Shown here: positions 1-11,063 of the stretch, piece by piece
Layout: the number at the start of each line of letters is the position of its first letter
How positions within the stretch are numbered: position 1 is the first letter of the stretch
From: Gammaproteobacteria bacterium
Lineage (GTDB): Bacteria > Pseudomonadota > Gammaproteobacteria > Thiohalobacterales > Thiohalobacteraceae
DNA: 64,000 bases
Direction of reading: 5' to 3'
Assembly: GCA_003695825.1 (NCBI GenBank)
Contig: RFHK01000021.1
Span: 642-64,641 of the forward strand
Translations under genes and position numbers: made by a program
The notes under the pieces: model-generated
Databases searched by the model: none
What the model saw: only the letters and a program-made list of their open reading frames with translations
Told to the model about the DNA's origin: nothing

Positions 1-1
1 C

Positions 2-553
2 GACCTGCGTGTCGTCGCTGCGACCAACCGGGATCCTGCCCGTGCCGTCGCCGACGGCGTCTTTCGACAGGACCTGCTCTACCGCCTGGACGTGCTGCGC
101 ATCGAGGTCCCGCCGTTGCGTGAGCGGCGGGAAGACATCCCCAGCCTCGCCCGCCACTTCCTGGCACGCCAGGCGGCACGCATGGGCGTACCGGTTCCGG
201 AACTCTCCCCCGAGGTCATGGAACGGCTGCGGGCCTATCACTGGCCCGGCAACGTACGGGAACTGGAAAACGTCATGGAACGGGCCCTGGTGCTCTCGGG
301 CGGGGCCGGCATCGGGCTGCAACACCTCCCGGCCGAGCTGTCACGCCCCGACGTCACACCCACCCCGACACAGGCACCGATGCCGGAACTCGCCGCCGGC
401 CTGGACATGAAACAGGCCACGGAGGCCCTTGAGCGACGCCTGATCGCCACGGCCCTCGAACAGGCAGGTGGCAACAAGTCGCTCGCCGCCCGCCTGCTGA
501 ACATCAGCGAACGTTCCCTGTGGTACCGCCTCAAGAAGTACGACCTGCACTGA
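2..553 (+). CDS. sigma-54-dependent (NtrC/Fis-family) transcriptional activator, C-terminal part; 5' end lies outside the window
   Basis: Frame 2 is open from the window edge: DLRVVAATNRD..FRQDLLYRLDVLRIEVPPLRERREDIP..YHWPGNVRELENV (AAA+ sigma54-interaction motifs). A Fis-type HTH follows (GGNKSLAARLLNISERSLWYRLKKY). Confidence 0.85.
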   Translation, partial: DLRVVAATNRDPARAVADGVFRQDLLYRLDVLRIEVPPLRERREDIPSLARHFLARQAARMGVPVPELSPEVMERLRAYHWPGNVRELENVMERALVLSGGAGIGLQHLPAELSRPDVTPTPTQAPMPELAAGLDMKQATEALERRLIATALEQAGGNKSLAARLLNISERSLWYRLKKYDLH

Positions 554-1072
554 CGAGGCGCGGGGTTCCTCACGCGGAGCGGATCCGCCGGATTCGCTCC
601 CAGGCGTAGTTCCAGTCGATGCGCTCCTGCTCCAGCCGCACGCCCGGCCCACCCGCAAGGCATGGGCACACTTCTGAAGCGACCACCGGCGCATACCGCG
701 CAGATTTTTTTGGTTAGAGGAAACCGCGCCCCTTCGCTCCGGCGAGCCAGCGCGGCAAAAGCGTGCTCGATTTTTCCGATCCAGCAGTTCCAGCATACCG
801 AGGGCTGGAATTTTGCGGCATCGCGCTATGCTGATAGGTGGCTTGTGGTGGCTGGAGGATCCGGCTTCCGGACCGATAAACTGAAATGCACGGCGAGAGA
901 TGCCGATGCGCATCAGAGACGACCTGATCGAACGTTGTTATTTCGTTGACACCAGCATAGCCCAGCCTTCCTCCGCCGGTGCGCGCCTTCCAGAGAATAT
1001 TCCCCAAATTCTGCAGGGCGCACATGATTATCCGATCGTGCCGGTCGACCGGTACACCGGACCTCGGGTGCC

Positions 1073-1708
1073 TCAGGAGGCGTCCGGGTCTTTCCCAGTC
1101 GTGGCCTGTGAGGCTTCCTTGCCCCGCAGCAGGTCGGCGATCTCGAACCAGAGCGCCAGTAAGGCCCCACCGAGTGCACCATAGACGTGCGCCGAGGTGA
1201 CGACGGGAAAGTCGAAGAGCGCCTTGCCGGTCAGGCTGCCGTATCGCCATTCCCAGGCCAGCTTGGCGAACAGGACCACCAGCAGCACGCCGTCGAGGCG
1301 GGGATGGAACTGCAGATCGCGGGCAAGGAAGAGGATCAGCAGGCCGTGCAAGACCCCGGAGAGGCCCATGTACCAACCCACTCGTGGATCCTTCAGGTAG
1401 AGCCCGAGCGAGACCACGGGCATGAGCACCAGCAAGGCGACGATCAGCCCGGCGACGGAGGGCCGCCGGCCGCAGAACAGTCCCACGACGAACAAACCGC
1501 CCAGGTTGAGCAGCAGGTGCACGGTGTCGACGTGGACCAGGTTGCCCGTCCACAGGCGCCAGAACTCGCCCTGCTCGAGCAGGTCGCGCTGGTATGCGAG
1601 CGCATCCTGCCAGCCTGCGAGGTGCAGCAGCACGGCGATCCCTCCCAGCGCGATCAGCACCCCATGCTGGGGTCGCAACCGGAACCCGGCGACGGTGAAT
1701 TCAGGCAT
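1073..1708 (-). CDS. rhomboid-family intramembrane serine protease, rhombosortase-like
   Basis: 211-aa polytopic membrane protein with EFWRLWTGNLVHVDTVHLLLNLGGL, a GLSGVLHG serine motif and a distal His-containing TM helix. Size and motifs resemble rhombosortase. No GlyGly-CTERM substrate was seen in the window. Confidence 0.7.
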   Translation of the reverse strand: MPEFTVAGFRLRPQHGVLIALGGIAVLLHLAGWQDALAYQRDLLEQGEFWRLWTGNLVHVDTVHLLLNLGGLFVVGLFCGRRPSVAGLIVALLVLMPVVSLGLYLKDPRVGWYMGLSGVLHGLLILFLARDLQFHPRLDGVLLVVLFAKLAWEWRYGSLTGKALFDFPVVTSAHVYGALGGALLALWFEIADLLRGKEASQATTGKDPDAS

Positions 1709-1996
1709 GCGAACCTTCCCCTCGCCCCTGCCTGGTCAGGGGATACGACACCGCTGGGGTGGTTTGCGGAGGCGGGATCAGAATCGCTGCCGGCGATCCC
1801 TCGAGAAGCGGTCCGCTACCCACAGAACCAGCACGACCAGGCCGATCGCCCCCATCGCCGCCAGTCCGAACAGCAGGTAGTCGGACGAGAGAGGTTCCAT
1901 CTGTGCGTGTTACCTTCGCTCCCGAACACGCCTCTACCATATCGCAGCCGAAGCCGTTGTCAATGATGCAGGGTCCATGCCCGGCGCCGCTCACGT

Positions 1997-4030
<2,034 letters not shown>

Positions 4031-4271
4031 GACACCCCCAGCCGATCGGTCAGAAGGTACTGGAAGGGCCGGGGCAATTCAACCGCAACGGGGCTGTGCC
4101 ATCCCGCACCGAAGCCCGGTGTGTCAGATCACGCAGCCGGAATGCGGCATCTCACACACCGTTCTCCGGGAGCACAGGAATCTTAGTTCATATTCAAACT
4201 GTTACGGAATGGCACGACCTTTGATAGCGCCTCTCCGAAGAACCTTTCACAACGAACGAGGAGATCGACCC

Positions 4272-6389
4272 ATGCATGCATCCCCCGGACCACGCCTGCG
4301 GGCGCTGTCCCTGTGCCTGTGCCTCGCCCTGCCCCTCCCTGCCCTGGCCGCCCCGCCCCCCTTGCGGCTGGCCTCCCACGACATGCTCTACATCGAGATC
4401 CTCAAGCCGCTGCCGTTCACCGACGTGGAGACGAAGGTCATCCACCGCAAGGAACCCGTGGTACCCCAGCCGGCCCCAGATGCCGCCGGCGTGCTCAAGA
4501 CGGTCCCGGGCAGCGACGTCAACCGCAACGGCGCCCTGACCGGCATCGTCCAGTACCGTGGAATGTACGGCGACCGCGTCGACGTGCACGTCGACGGCAT
4601 GTACGTCGGCTCGGCCGGGCCCAATGCCATGGACCCGCCGCTGGCCCTGGTCCCCCGGGGCCAGCTGCAGGCGGTCGTGGTCCACCGCGGGATCGCACCG
4701 GTCTCTGCCGGCATCGGCACCTTCGGCGGCGCCATCGAGGCGCGCTCGCTGACCAGCCATTTCGGCGACGGCCCGGCCTTCCACAGCGACGGCCTGGTAC
4801 GCTTCGACGGCAGTTCCGCCGACCGGGGACGGGCCTTCAACCTCTTCGCCGGCTACGCCAACGACCGGCACCGCATGCACCTGGCGTTGACCCGCGAGGC
4901 CGGCAGCGACCGGGACACCCCCCTCGGCCGCCTGCACAGCACCCGCTTCGAACGCGACCAGGTGCGCGCCGGCTACGGCTTCCGGTCCGGGACCACGGAA
5001 CTCGACGTCGAGGCCCGCTACAACGACACCGGCAAGACCGGCACGCCCAGCCTGCCGATGGACATCCTCTATATCCGGGGAACCACGGGCCGCATCCGGC
5101 TCCGCACGGACCGGGGCGGCGGGCGCCTCGATGCCACGCTCTACGGCGGCTCCATGAAACACGAGATGGACAACTTCAGCCTGCGTCCCAACGGAATCCG
5201 GATGCACAAGCAGCGCCTCACGCACGCGGAAAGCGACAGCATCGGCATCCGCCTCGGTTGGCGCCCCGGGGATGGCCGGTCGAAACTGGGCGTGGACCTC
5301 TTCCGCACCACGCACGATGCGCGCATCAAGGATCCCACCCGCGCGGCCTTCTTCGTCGACAATTTCCGCGACGTGCGGGTGCGCTTCCTCAGCCTGTTCG
5401 GTGAACGCGAAGGAAAGGCCGGGCGTGGCCACTGGTCAGCCGGACTGCGCCTCACCCGGGCCGAGTCCGATGCCGGGACGGTCGACACCTCCATGGCCAT
5501 GACGATGCCGGCCGTGGCCGGCCTGCGCGACCGTTTCAACGCCGCCGACCGCTCCCGGGCCGACACCCTGGTTGACGCCGTGTTCGAGTACAGCCTGCCC
5601 CTTTCGGGGACGACCGAGCTCGTCGCTTCCCTGGGGCACAAGATGCGCAGTCCCTCCTACCAGGAACGCTACCTCTGGCTGCCGCTGGAATCCACCGGGG
5701 GTCTGGCCGACGGCAATACCTACGTGGGCAAGGTCGATCTGAAACCGGAGCGATCCTGGCAATTCGAACTGGGATTCGACACGCGCGAGGCGGACTGGAC
5801 CTTCTCCCCGCGCCTGTTCTACCGGCGCATCGACGACTACATCCAGGGCATCCCCGCCACGGACACCCAGGTCCTCATGGTCAACAACATGATGGGCGGC
5901 AGCACGCCCCCGCCCGTGCTGCAGTTCGCCAATGTCGATGCCAAGATCTACGGGTTCGACGCCCTGGCCGGCTGGGCCTTCGCCGAAGGCTGGCGACTCG
6001 AAGCCGACCTCAGCTGGACGCGCGGAGCCCGGCGCGACATCGATGACAATCTCTACCGCATCGCCCCACCCCGGCTCGACCTCGACCTGCGCCGGCGCTG
6101 GTCCGCCTGGGAGGCCCACCTGGGCCTGCAGGCCTACGCGCGGCAGAAACGGGTCTCGGCGACCAACCACGAGCAACCCACCTCCGGGTACGCCGTCTGG
6201 TCCGCCGGCCTGGCCTGGAGACCCGACAAGCGCCTGCGCGTGCGTCTCGACGTCGACAATCTCGCCGACCGTCGCTACTACGACCACGTCGGCGGCTACA
6301 ACCGGGTCGCCGGCAACATCGTACCCGTGGGCAGCCGGCTGCCGGGTACCGGCCGCAATGTCCAGCTCCGTGTGCACTGGCGCTGGTAG
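4272..6389 (+). CDS. TonB-dependent outer-membrane receptor (substrate unknown)
   Basis: Signal peptide MHASPGPRLRALSLCLCLALPLPALAAP, plug-like region (VVHRGIAPVSAGIGTFGGAIEARS), long beta-barrel repeats, C-terminal ..GRNVQLRVHWRW. Start taken at ATG 4272, not the upstream ORF-track start. Confidence 0.85.
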   Translation: MHASPGPRLRALSLCLCLALPLPALAAPPPLRLASHDMLYIEILKPLPFTDVETKVIHRKEPVVPQPAPDAAGVLKTVPGSDVNRNGALTGIVQYRGMYGDRVDVHVDGMYVGSAGPNAMDPPLALVPRGQLQAVVVHRGIAPVSAGIGTFGGAIEARSLTSHFGDGPAFHSDGLVRFDGSSADRGRAFNLFAGYANDRHRMHLALTREAGSDRDTPLGRLHSTRFERDQVRAGYGFRSGTTELDVEARYNDTGKTGTPSLPMDILYIRGTTGRIRLRTDRGGGRLDATLYGGSMKHEMDNFSLRPNGIRMHKQRLTHAESDSIGIRLGWRPGDGRSKLGVDLFRTTHDARIKDPTRAAFFVDNFRDVRVRFLSLFGEREGKAGRGHWSAGLRLTRAESDAGTVDTSMAMTMPAVAGLRDRFNAADRSRADTLVDAVFEYSLPLSGTTELVASLGHKMRSPSYQERYLWLPLESTGGLADGNTYVGKVDLKPERSWQFELGFDTREADWTFSPRLFYRRIDDYIQGIPATDTQVLMVNNMMGGSTPPPVLQFANVDAKIYGFDALAGWAFAEGWRLEADLSWTRGARRDIDDNLYRIAPPRLDLDLRRRWSAWEAHLGLQAYARQKRVSATNHEQPTSGYAVWSAGLAWRPDKRLRVRLDVDNLADRRYYDHVGGYNRVAGNIVPVGSRLPGTGRNVQLRVHWRW

Positions 6390-6482
6390 CAGGCACTACG
6401 CCAACCGTGCGCCGACGAGGCGTCGCCGGGAAATTTCAGCAAGGCTGCTCGCCTCGGCGTTGCGTACCTGACCTGCTCCACG

Positions 6483-6510
6483 CGGTCCCGCGGCCACGGC
6501 CGCGGGACCG
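6483..6510 (+). terminator. perfect 13-bp GC hairpin downstream of the TonB-dependent receptor (no clear U-tract)
   Basis: cggtcccgcggcc-ac-ggccgcgggaccg read directly from the sequence. The function as a terminator is inferred. Confidence 0.35.
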
Positions 6511-6583
6511 ACGTTCACTTGCCTGCCTGGAGGAAACTCCTTACCCTGTCGCCTGCGAGACAGCGATCCACGGGAGCTGGCAG

Positions 6584-7267
6584 ATGAGCGCAGCGCAGGC
6601 CGAACGCGATTTCGACTTCGAGCAGGCCCGTTTCAACCTGGTCGAACAGCAGATCCGTCCCTGGAACGTGATCGACGAGCGCGTGCTCGCCGTGCTCGGC
6701 GGCGTACCGCGCGAGGACTTCGTGCCGCCGCGCTACCGCAACTCGCTCGCCTTCGCCGACCTCAACCTGCCGCTGGGCCACGGTGAGGTCATGATGACCC
6801 CGAAACAGGAAGCCCGCCTGCTGCAGAGCCTCCAGGTCCGTCCCGAGGACGAGATCCTCGAGGTCGGCACCGGCAGCGGCTATGTCACCGCCTGCCTGGC
6901 ACGGCTCGGCGGCCGGGTACACAGCGTGGACATCCACGAGGACTTCCTCGAGGCCGCCGACCGCAAGCTCCTGGCACACGGCATCACCAACGTCACGCTG
7001 GAGCAACGCGACGCCGCGAGCGGCTGGCCGGAATCGGACCGTTTCGACGTCATCGCCGTGACCGGCTCGCTGCCCGAACTGCACCGGGGTTTCCACCGGG
7101 CGCTGCGCCCGGGCGGCCGCCTGTTCCTGATCGTCGGTTCGCCCCCGTTGATGGAGGCCCGACTGATCACGCGCGAGTCGGAAGACCAGTGGTTCGACGA
7201 ACCCCTGTTCGAAACGGCCATCCCGCCGCTCGTCAACGCCCCGCACCACGTACACTTCACGCTCTGA
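6584..7267 (+). CDS. protein-L-isoaspartate O-methyltransferase-family (Pcm-like) SAM methyltransferase
   Basis: 227 aa with SAM motif ILEVGTGSGYVTACLA and PRYRNSLAFADLNLPLGHGEVMMTPKQEA. Start at MSAAQAE (ATG 6584). Confidence 0.8.
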   Translation: MSAAQAERDFDFEQARFNLVEQQIRPWNVIDERVLAVLGGVPREDFVPPRYRNSLAFADLNLPLGHGEVMMTPKQEARLLQSLQVRPEDEILEVGTGSGYVTACLARLGGRVHSVDIHEDFLEAADRKLLAHGITNVTLEQRDAASGWPESDRFDVIAVTGSLPELHRGFHRALRPGGRLFLIVGSPPLMEARLITRESEDQWFDEPLFETAIPPLVNAPHHVHFTL

Positions 7268-7269
7268 AC

Positions 7270-7590
7270 GTGAGAGAATTGCGTCCACGCGAGGCTGCGG
7301 CGCTGCTCGCCGGGCCGCACCCGCCCAGGATCCTGGACGTACGCGAGCCCTGGGAGTACGCGCTTTGCCATCTCGAGGGGGCCTTGCTGATCCCGATGCG
7401 CGAGCTCCCTGGGCGCATTAGCGAGCTCGACCCGGAGGTGCCCCTGCTGGTCGTCTGCCATCACGGCATTCGCAGTCGGATGGTGTGCCGCTACCTGGAG
7501 AGGGAACACGGTTTTCGGAACCTGATGAATCTCGAGGGCGGCGTCGCCGCCTGGGCGGCCGAGGTCGATCCCGGCATGCCCACCTACTGA
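7270..7590 (+). CDS. single-domain rhodanese (sulfurtransferase)
   Basis: 106 aa. ILDVREPWEY..LIPMREL and the active-site loop VVCHHGIRS. GTG start is 3 nt after the preceding stop. The ORF-track start at 7189 overlaps the upstream gene. Confidence 0.8.
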   Translation: MRELRPREAAALLAGPHPPRILDVREPWEYALCHLEGALLIPMRELPGRISELDPEVPLLVVCHHGIRSRMVCRYLEREHGFRNLMNLEGGVAAWAAEVDPGMPTY

Positions 7591-7602
7591 AGGAGCCTTG
7601 CC

Positions 7603-8961
7603 ATGCGGAAGGAAGCGGACATCAAACCCAAGGCAACGGCAGGTACCCTGGCCGTCGTCCTGGCCCTGGCCTCTTCCCCGCTGTGGGCGATCGATCTCTA
7701 CGGCGCCTGGCAGGAAGCCCATGACCATGCCCCCGGGCTCCAGGCCGCTGCGGCGGCACGCGCGGCCGCCTCCGAGTCCCGGCCCCTGGCACGCGCCGGC
7801 CTGCTGCCGAACCTGGCCCTTTCGGCCAACGTCACACGCACCCAGTACGATCCGCGCACGAGTGGCCCCACCACCTATTCCACCAACAAGAGCTACGCGA
7901 TCTCGCTCTCGCAACCGCTCTACCGCCGGGACCGCTGGATCGCGCTCGAGCAGGCCGACAGCCAGGTGCGCCAGGCGGAGGCCGAGTATGCCGCCGCCGA
8001 GCAGCAATTGATGCTCGACGTGGCCAGCCGCTACTTCGACGTGCTCGCCGCGCAGGACAATTTGCGCTTCGCCAGGGCGGAGAAGAAGGCCATCGCCCGC
8101 CAGCTCGAACAGGCGAAACAGCGGTTCAAGGTGGGACTGTCGGCGATCACCGACGTCCACGAGGCCCAGGCGCGCTACGACCTGGCCGTGAGCGCCGTGA
8201 TCGCGGCCGAGAACCGGCTCGATTCGGCCCGCGAGGCCCTGCGGGAACTGGTGGGTCCCAAGGTGGCCCAGGATGCCCTCGCACCCCTGGTCGCCGGGGT
8301 GCCCTTGCGCAAGCCCGACCCCCCGGACATGCAGGCCTGGGTGAAGCGCGCCGTGGAAGGCAACCTGCAGTTGCGTGCACTGCGCGCGGCCGTGGAGTCC
8401 GCCCGCCGCGAGGTCGAACGTCAGCGTGCCGGTCACTACCCGACGCTCGACGCCCAGGCCAGCTTCACCTACCAGGACGCCAACTTCGGCGGTGTCTTCC
8501 CGCTCAAGCGCAACGATTCGGCCATCGGGTTGCAGCTCAGGCTGCCGCTCTATGCCGGCGGCGCCATCGTCAGCGCGACCCGCCAGGCGGCCGACCGGTA
8601 CGAGGAAGCACGCGAGAAGCTCGAGCAGCAGCGCCTGGCCACGGAACGCGCCGTGCGCGACGCCTACCGCGGCGTGATCAGCGGCATCGCCCAGGTCCGG
8701 GCCATGGAACAGGCGCTGCGGTCCACGGAAACGGCGCTGGAGGCGGCCCAGGCCGGGTTCGAGGTGGGCACGCGTACCATCGTGGACGTCCTGGACGCCC
8801 AGCGCGAGAAGTACCGGGCACGACGCGATCTCGCCCGGGCCCGCTACGACTACCTGCTCAGCACCCTGCGGCTCAAGCAGGCCGTCGGCTCGCTCGCCCC
8901 GGAGGACCTGGAACGCATCAGCCGGTGGATGCGGCAAGCCGACGATGACGATGCCTCCTGA
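7603..8961 (+). CDS. tolC: outer-membrane efflux channel TolC
   Basis: 452 aa. Signal peptide, IDLYGAWQEAHDHAPGLQAA start typical of TolC, two coiled-coil/barrel repeats. AGGAG upstream of the ATG. Confidence 0.9.
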   Translation: MRKEADIKPKATAGTLAVVLALASSPLWAIDLYGAWQEAHDHAPGLQAAAAARAAASESRPLARAGLLPNLALSANVTRTQYDPRTSGPTTYSTNKSYAISLSQPLYRRDRWIALEQADSQVRQAEAEYAAAEQQLMLDVASRYFDVLAAQDNLRFARAEKKAIARQLEQAKQRFKVGLSAITDVHEAQARYDLAVSAVIAAENRLDSAREALRELVGPKVAQDALAPLVAGVPLRKPDPPDMQAWVKRAVEGNLQLRALRAAVESARREVERQRAGHYPTLDAQASFTYQDANFGGVFPLKRNDSAIGLQLRLPLYAGGAIVSATRQAADRYEEAREKLEQQRLATERAVRDAYRGVISGIAQVRAMEQALRSTETALEAAQAGFEVGTRTIVDVLDAQREKYRARRDLARARYDYLLSTLRLKQAVGSLAPEDLERISRWMRQADDDDAS

Positions 8962-9457
8962 CGCCCTCTTCCCCACGCCCGCACCCGGCTTCGACGACCC
9001 GCTCGGTCTCCTGCGCGCCTGTCACACGAAGATGCTGCAGCATGCCGCCCTGCTGCAGCGCCTGGTAGGCCTGGATCCGAACGGGCGCGACTTCGCCACC
9101 TTGCGGGAACGTGCCTGTCGCTATTTCGACCACTCCGCCCCGCTCCACCACGAGGACGAAGAGCGTGACCTCTTCCCCGCCCTGCTCCGCAGGAACGCCT
9201 CGCTCGCAACGACCGTGCGCAGGTTGCAGGCACAGCATCCCGAGCTGGAACGCCGCTGGCAGGCGATCCGCGCGGCATTGCATGCGCTCCCGCCTCCCCA
9301 GGACCTGTCCGCGCGAATCGAGGCCTTCGTCAGGCTGCTGCGCGATCACCTCGCGCTCGAGGAAACCGACCTCCTCGCCCCGGCCGAGACCCTGCTCGAT
9401 GCCGGTGACCTCGAACGGCTGGGACGCGCCATGGCCGCACGACGCGGTGTCGATTGA
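8945..9457 (+). CDS. hemerythrin (HHE cation-binding) domain protein
   Basis: 170 aa with LLRACHTKM..., APLHHEDEERDLFP and RDHLALEETDLL motifs. Overlaps the tolC stop by 17 nt. Confidence 0.7.
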   Translation: MTMPPDALFPTPAPGFDDPLGLLRACHTKMLQHAALLQRLVGLDPNGRDFATLRERACRYFDHSAPLHHEDEERDLFPALLRRNASLATTVRRLQAQHPELERRWQAIRAALHALPPPQDLSARIEAFVRLLRDHLALEETDLLAPAETLLDAGDLERLGRAMAARRGVD

Positions 9458-9507
9458 ACTTGCCCCTTCGCCGTGGAAAGCAACGCATCGTCTGGTTGAC
9501 TTCCGAG

Positions 9508-9542
9508 CACCCAGCTCCTAGTTCCCAGCTCCCAGCTCTTTT
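9508..9542. repeat. heptanucleotide tandem array (cacccag ctcctag ttcccag ctcccag ctctttt)
   Basis: Read directly. Period 7. The TAG stop of the minus-strand tcdA gene (9518-9520) lies inside the CTCCTAG unit. Confidence 0.85.
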
Positions 9543-10333
9543 TTCCTCCGCTTCAACTCCAGCCCACGATTGATGGCACGCGAAGCGGCGATCATCCCGA
9601 AGGTGGCGGTCACGGTGGCCGTGGAACCATAGCCGAGGCGGCAGTCGAGCGAGACCCCGTGGATGCCCGGCTTCTCGTGGCCGACGCTTCCGTCCGCCCG
9701 AGGATAGCGCGGCTGCTCGGTGGAGAAGACGCATTCGATCCCGAAGCGCCGCTTCGGGTTTCGCGTGTACCCGTACCGGCTGCGCAGCCGGGCCCGTACC
9801 TTGGCGGCGAGCGGATCGTTCCAGGTGCGGGTGAGATCGGCGACCTCGATCCGCGTCGGATCCATCAGTCCGCCGGCCCCGCCCGTCATGACGACGGGAA
9901 TCTTGCGGCGGCGACAGAAATGCACCAGGGCGGCCTTGAAGCGGATGCTGTCGATGGCATCGATGACGTAGTCGAACGCCGGCGTGACGAGCTTCTCGAG
10001 GTTGCGCTCGGTCAGGTAGTCCCGCACGGGATGAAGGCGGCAGTCCGGGTGGATGCCGGCGATGCGCTCGGCCATGACTTCCACCTTGGGGCGACCGAAG
10101 GTGTCGGTGAGTGCCGGAAGCTGGCGGTTGACGTTGGTGGGACAGACGGTATCACCGTCGATGAAGGTGAGTTCGCCGATGCCGCTGCGGGCGAGGGCCT
10201 CGAGCGCCCAGGAGCCCACCCCGCCGATGCCCACGACACAGACGTGCATCTCCGCCAGCAGGGCGGGTGCATCTGCGCCGTAGAGACGGGCGAGCGCAGC
10301 GAAACGCGGCGAGTCCGAGGCAGGGCAACCCAT
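9518..10333 (-). CDS. tcdA: tRNA threonylcarbamoyladenosine dehydratase (ThiF/E1-like, TcdA/CsdL)
   Basis: RFAALARLYGADAPALLAEMHVCVVGIGGVGSWALEALARSGIGELTFIDGDTVCPTNVNRQ matches the TcdA N-terminus. Start chosen at MGCPASD (10333). The alternative upstream start is 10375. Confidence 0.85.
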   Translation of the reverse strand: MGCPASDSPRFAALARLYGADAPALLAEMHVCVVGIGGVGSWALEALARSGIGELTFIDGDTVCPTNVNRQLPALTDTFGRPKVEVMAERIAGIHPDCRLHPVRDYLTERNLEKLVTPAFDYVIDAIDSIRFKAALVHFCRRRKIPVVMTGGAGGLMDPTRIEVADLTRTWNDPLAAKVRARLRSRYGYTRNPKRRFGIECVFSTEQPRYPRADGSVGHEKPGIHGVSLDCRLGYGSTATVTATFGMIAASRAINRGLELKRRKKELGAGN

Positions 10334-10439
10334 CGCGAAGCGTCGTCTTCTTCGACCGAAAAGAGGACGCCGCATTCGTTCCCGAACGCGGCGTCCGCCT
10401 GGCCCGCAGGCCGGTGGCCTGCACCTTCAGGCATGGGGT

Positions 10440-10916
10440 TCAGTGTTCTCCCGGCTCGTGGGCATGCCCGTGGGCGATCTCTTCCGGCGTGGCATCCCGC
10501 ACGTCCGTGATCTCCACGTCGAAGGTCAGGCGCATGCCGGCGAGCGGATGATTGCCGTCGACCGTGACCGTGTCGCCTTCGACCTTGGTGACCACGACCA
10601 GCATCGGGCCGTGGGAAGAATCGGCCTGGAAACGCATGCCGGGCTCGATGTGATCGACGCCCTGGAAGGCCTCGCGAGGCACTTCCTGGATCAAGGCCTC
10701 GTCGGCGAGGCCGTAGGCCTCCTCGGGCTCGACCACGACATTGAGCCGGTCACCGGGCCTTTTGCCTTCGAGTGCCTTCTCGAGCCCCGGAATGATGTTC
10801 GAGGCGCCGTGCAGGTAGGTGAGAGGGGCTCCCCCGGCGGAGCTGTCGAGCTGGGTACCGTCGGGGCCGGTCAGGGTGTAGTGGAACGAAACCACCTTGT
10901 TCTGTGCAACTTGCAT
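10440..10916 (-). CDS. slyD: FKBP-type peptidyl-prolyl isomerase SlyD
   Basis: MQVAQNKVVSFHYTLTGPDG..LTYLHGASNIIPGLEKALEGK..HPLAGMRLTFDVEITDVRDAT plus a His-rich tail (HGHAHEPGEH). Confidence 0.9.
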   Translation of the reverse strand: MQVAQNKVVSFHYTLTGPDGTQLDSSAGGAPLTYLHGASNIIPGLEKALEGKRPGDRLNVVVEPEEAYGLADEALIQEVPREAFQGVDHIEPGMRFQADSSHGPMLVVVTKVEGDTVTVDGNHPLAGMRLTFDVEITDVRDATPEEIAHGHAHEPGEH

Positions 10917-11063
10917 GTATCTTCCTGTATCGCTGTTACCATGAAAGACAGGCCGCCGGTCCACCGCGCGGTGACGGCGACCGACGACCCGTAGGGGAGA
11001 GGATACTCCCTGCGCACGCAAAAGGGAAACCGGCATGCACCCGCCGGCGGTCCGAACCGTCTC

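Noticed and set aside
900-1184. 94-aa plus-strand ORF in the spacer after the sigma-54 activator gene
   Set aside because: It has mixed third-position composition, no RBS or motif, and its 3' third overlaps the well-supported rhombosortase-like gene on the other strand.
6880-8976. 698-aa ORF on the minus strand spanning the pcm-like, rhodanese and tolC region
   Set aside because: It is antisense to three genes with clear family signatures. The translation is low-complexity (G/A/R/P/L-rich) with no recognisable motifs. Long antisense ORFs of this kind are typical in high-GC DNA.
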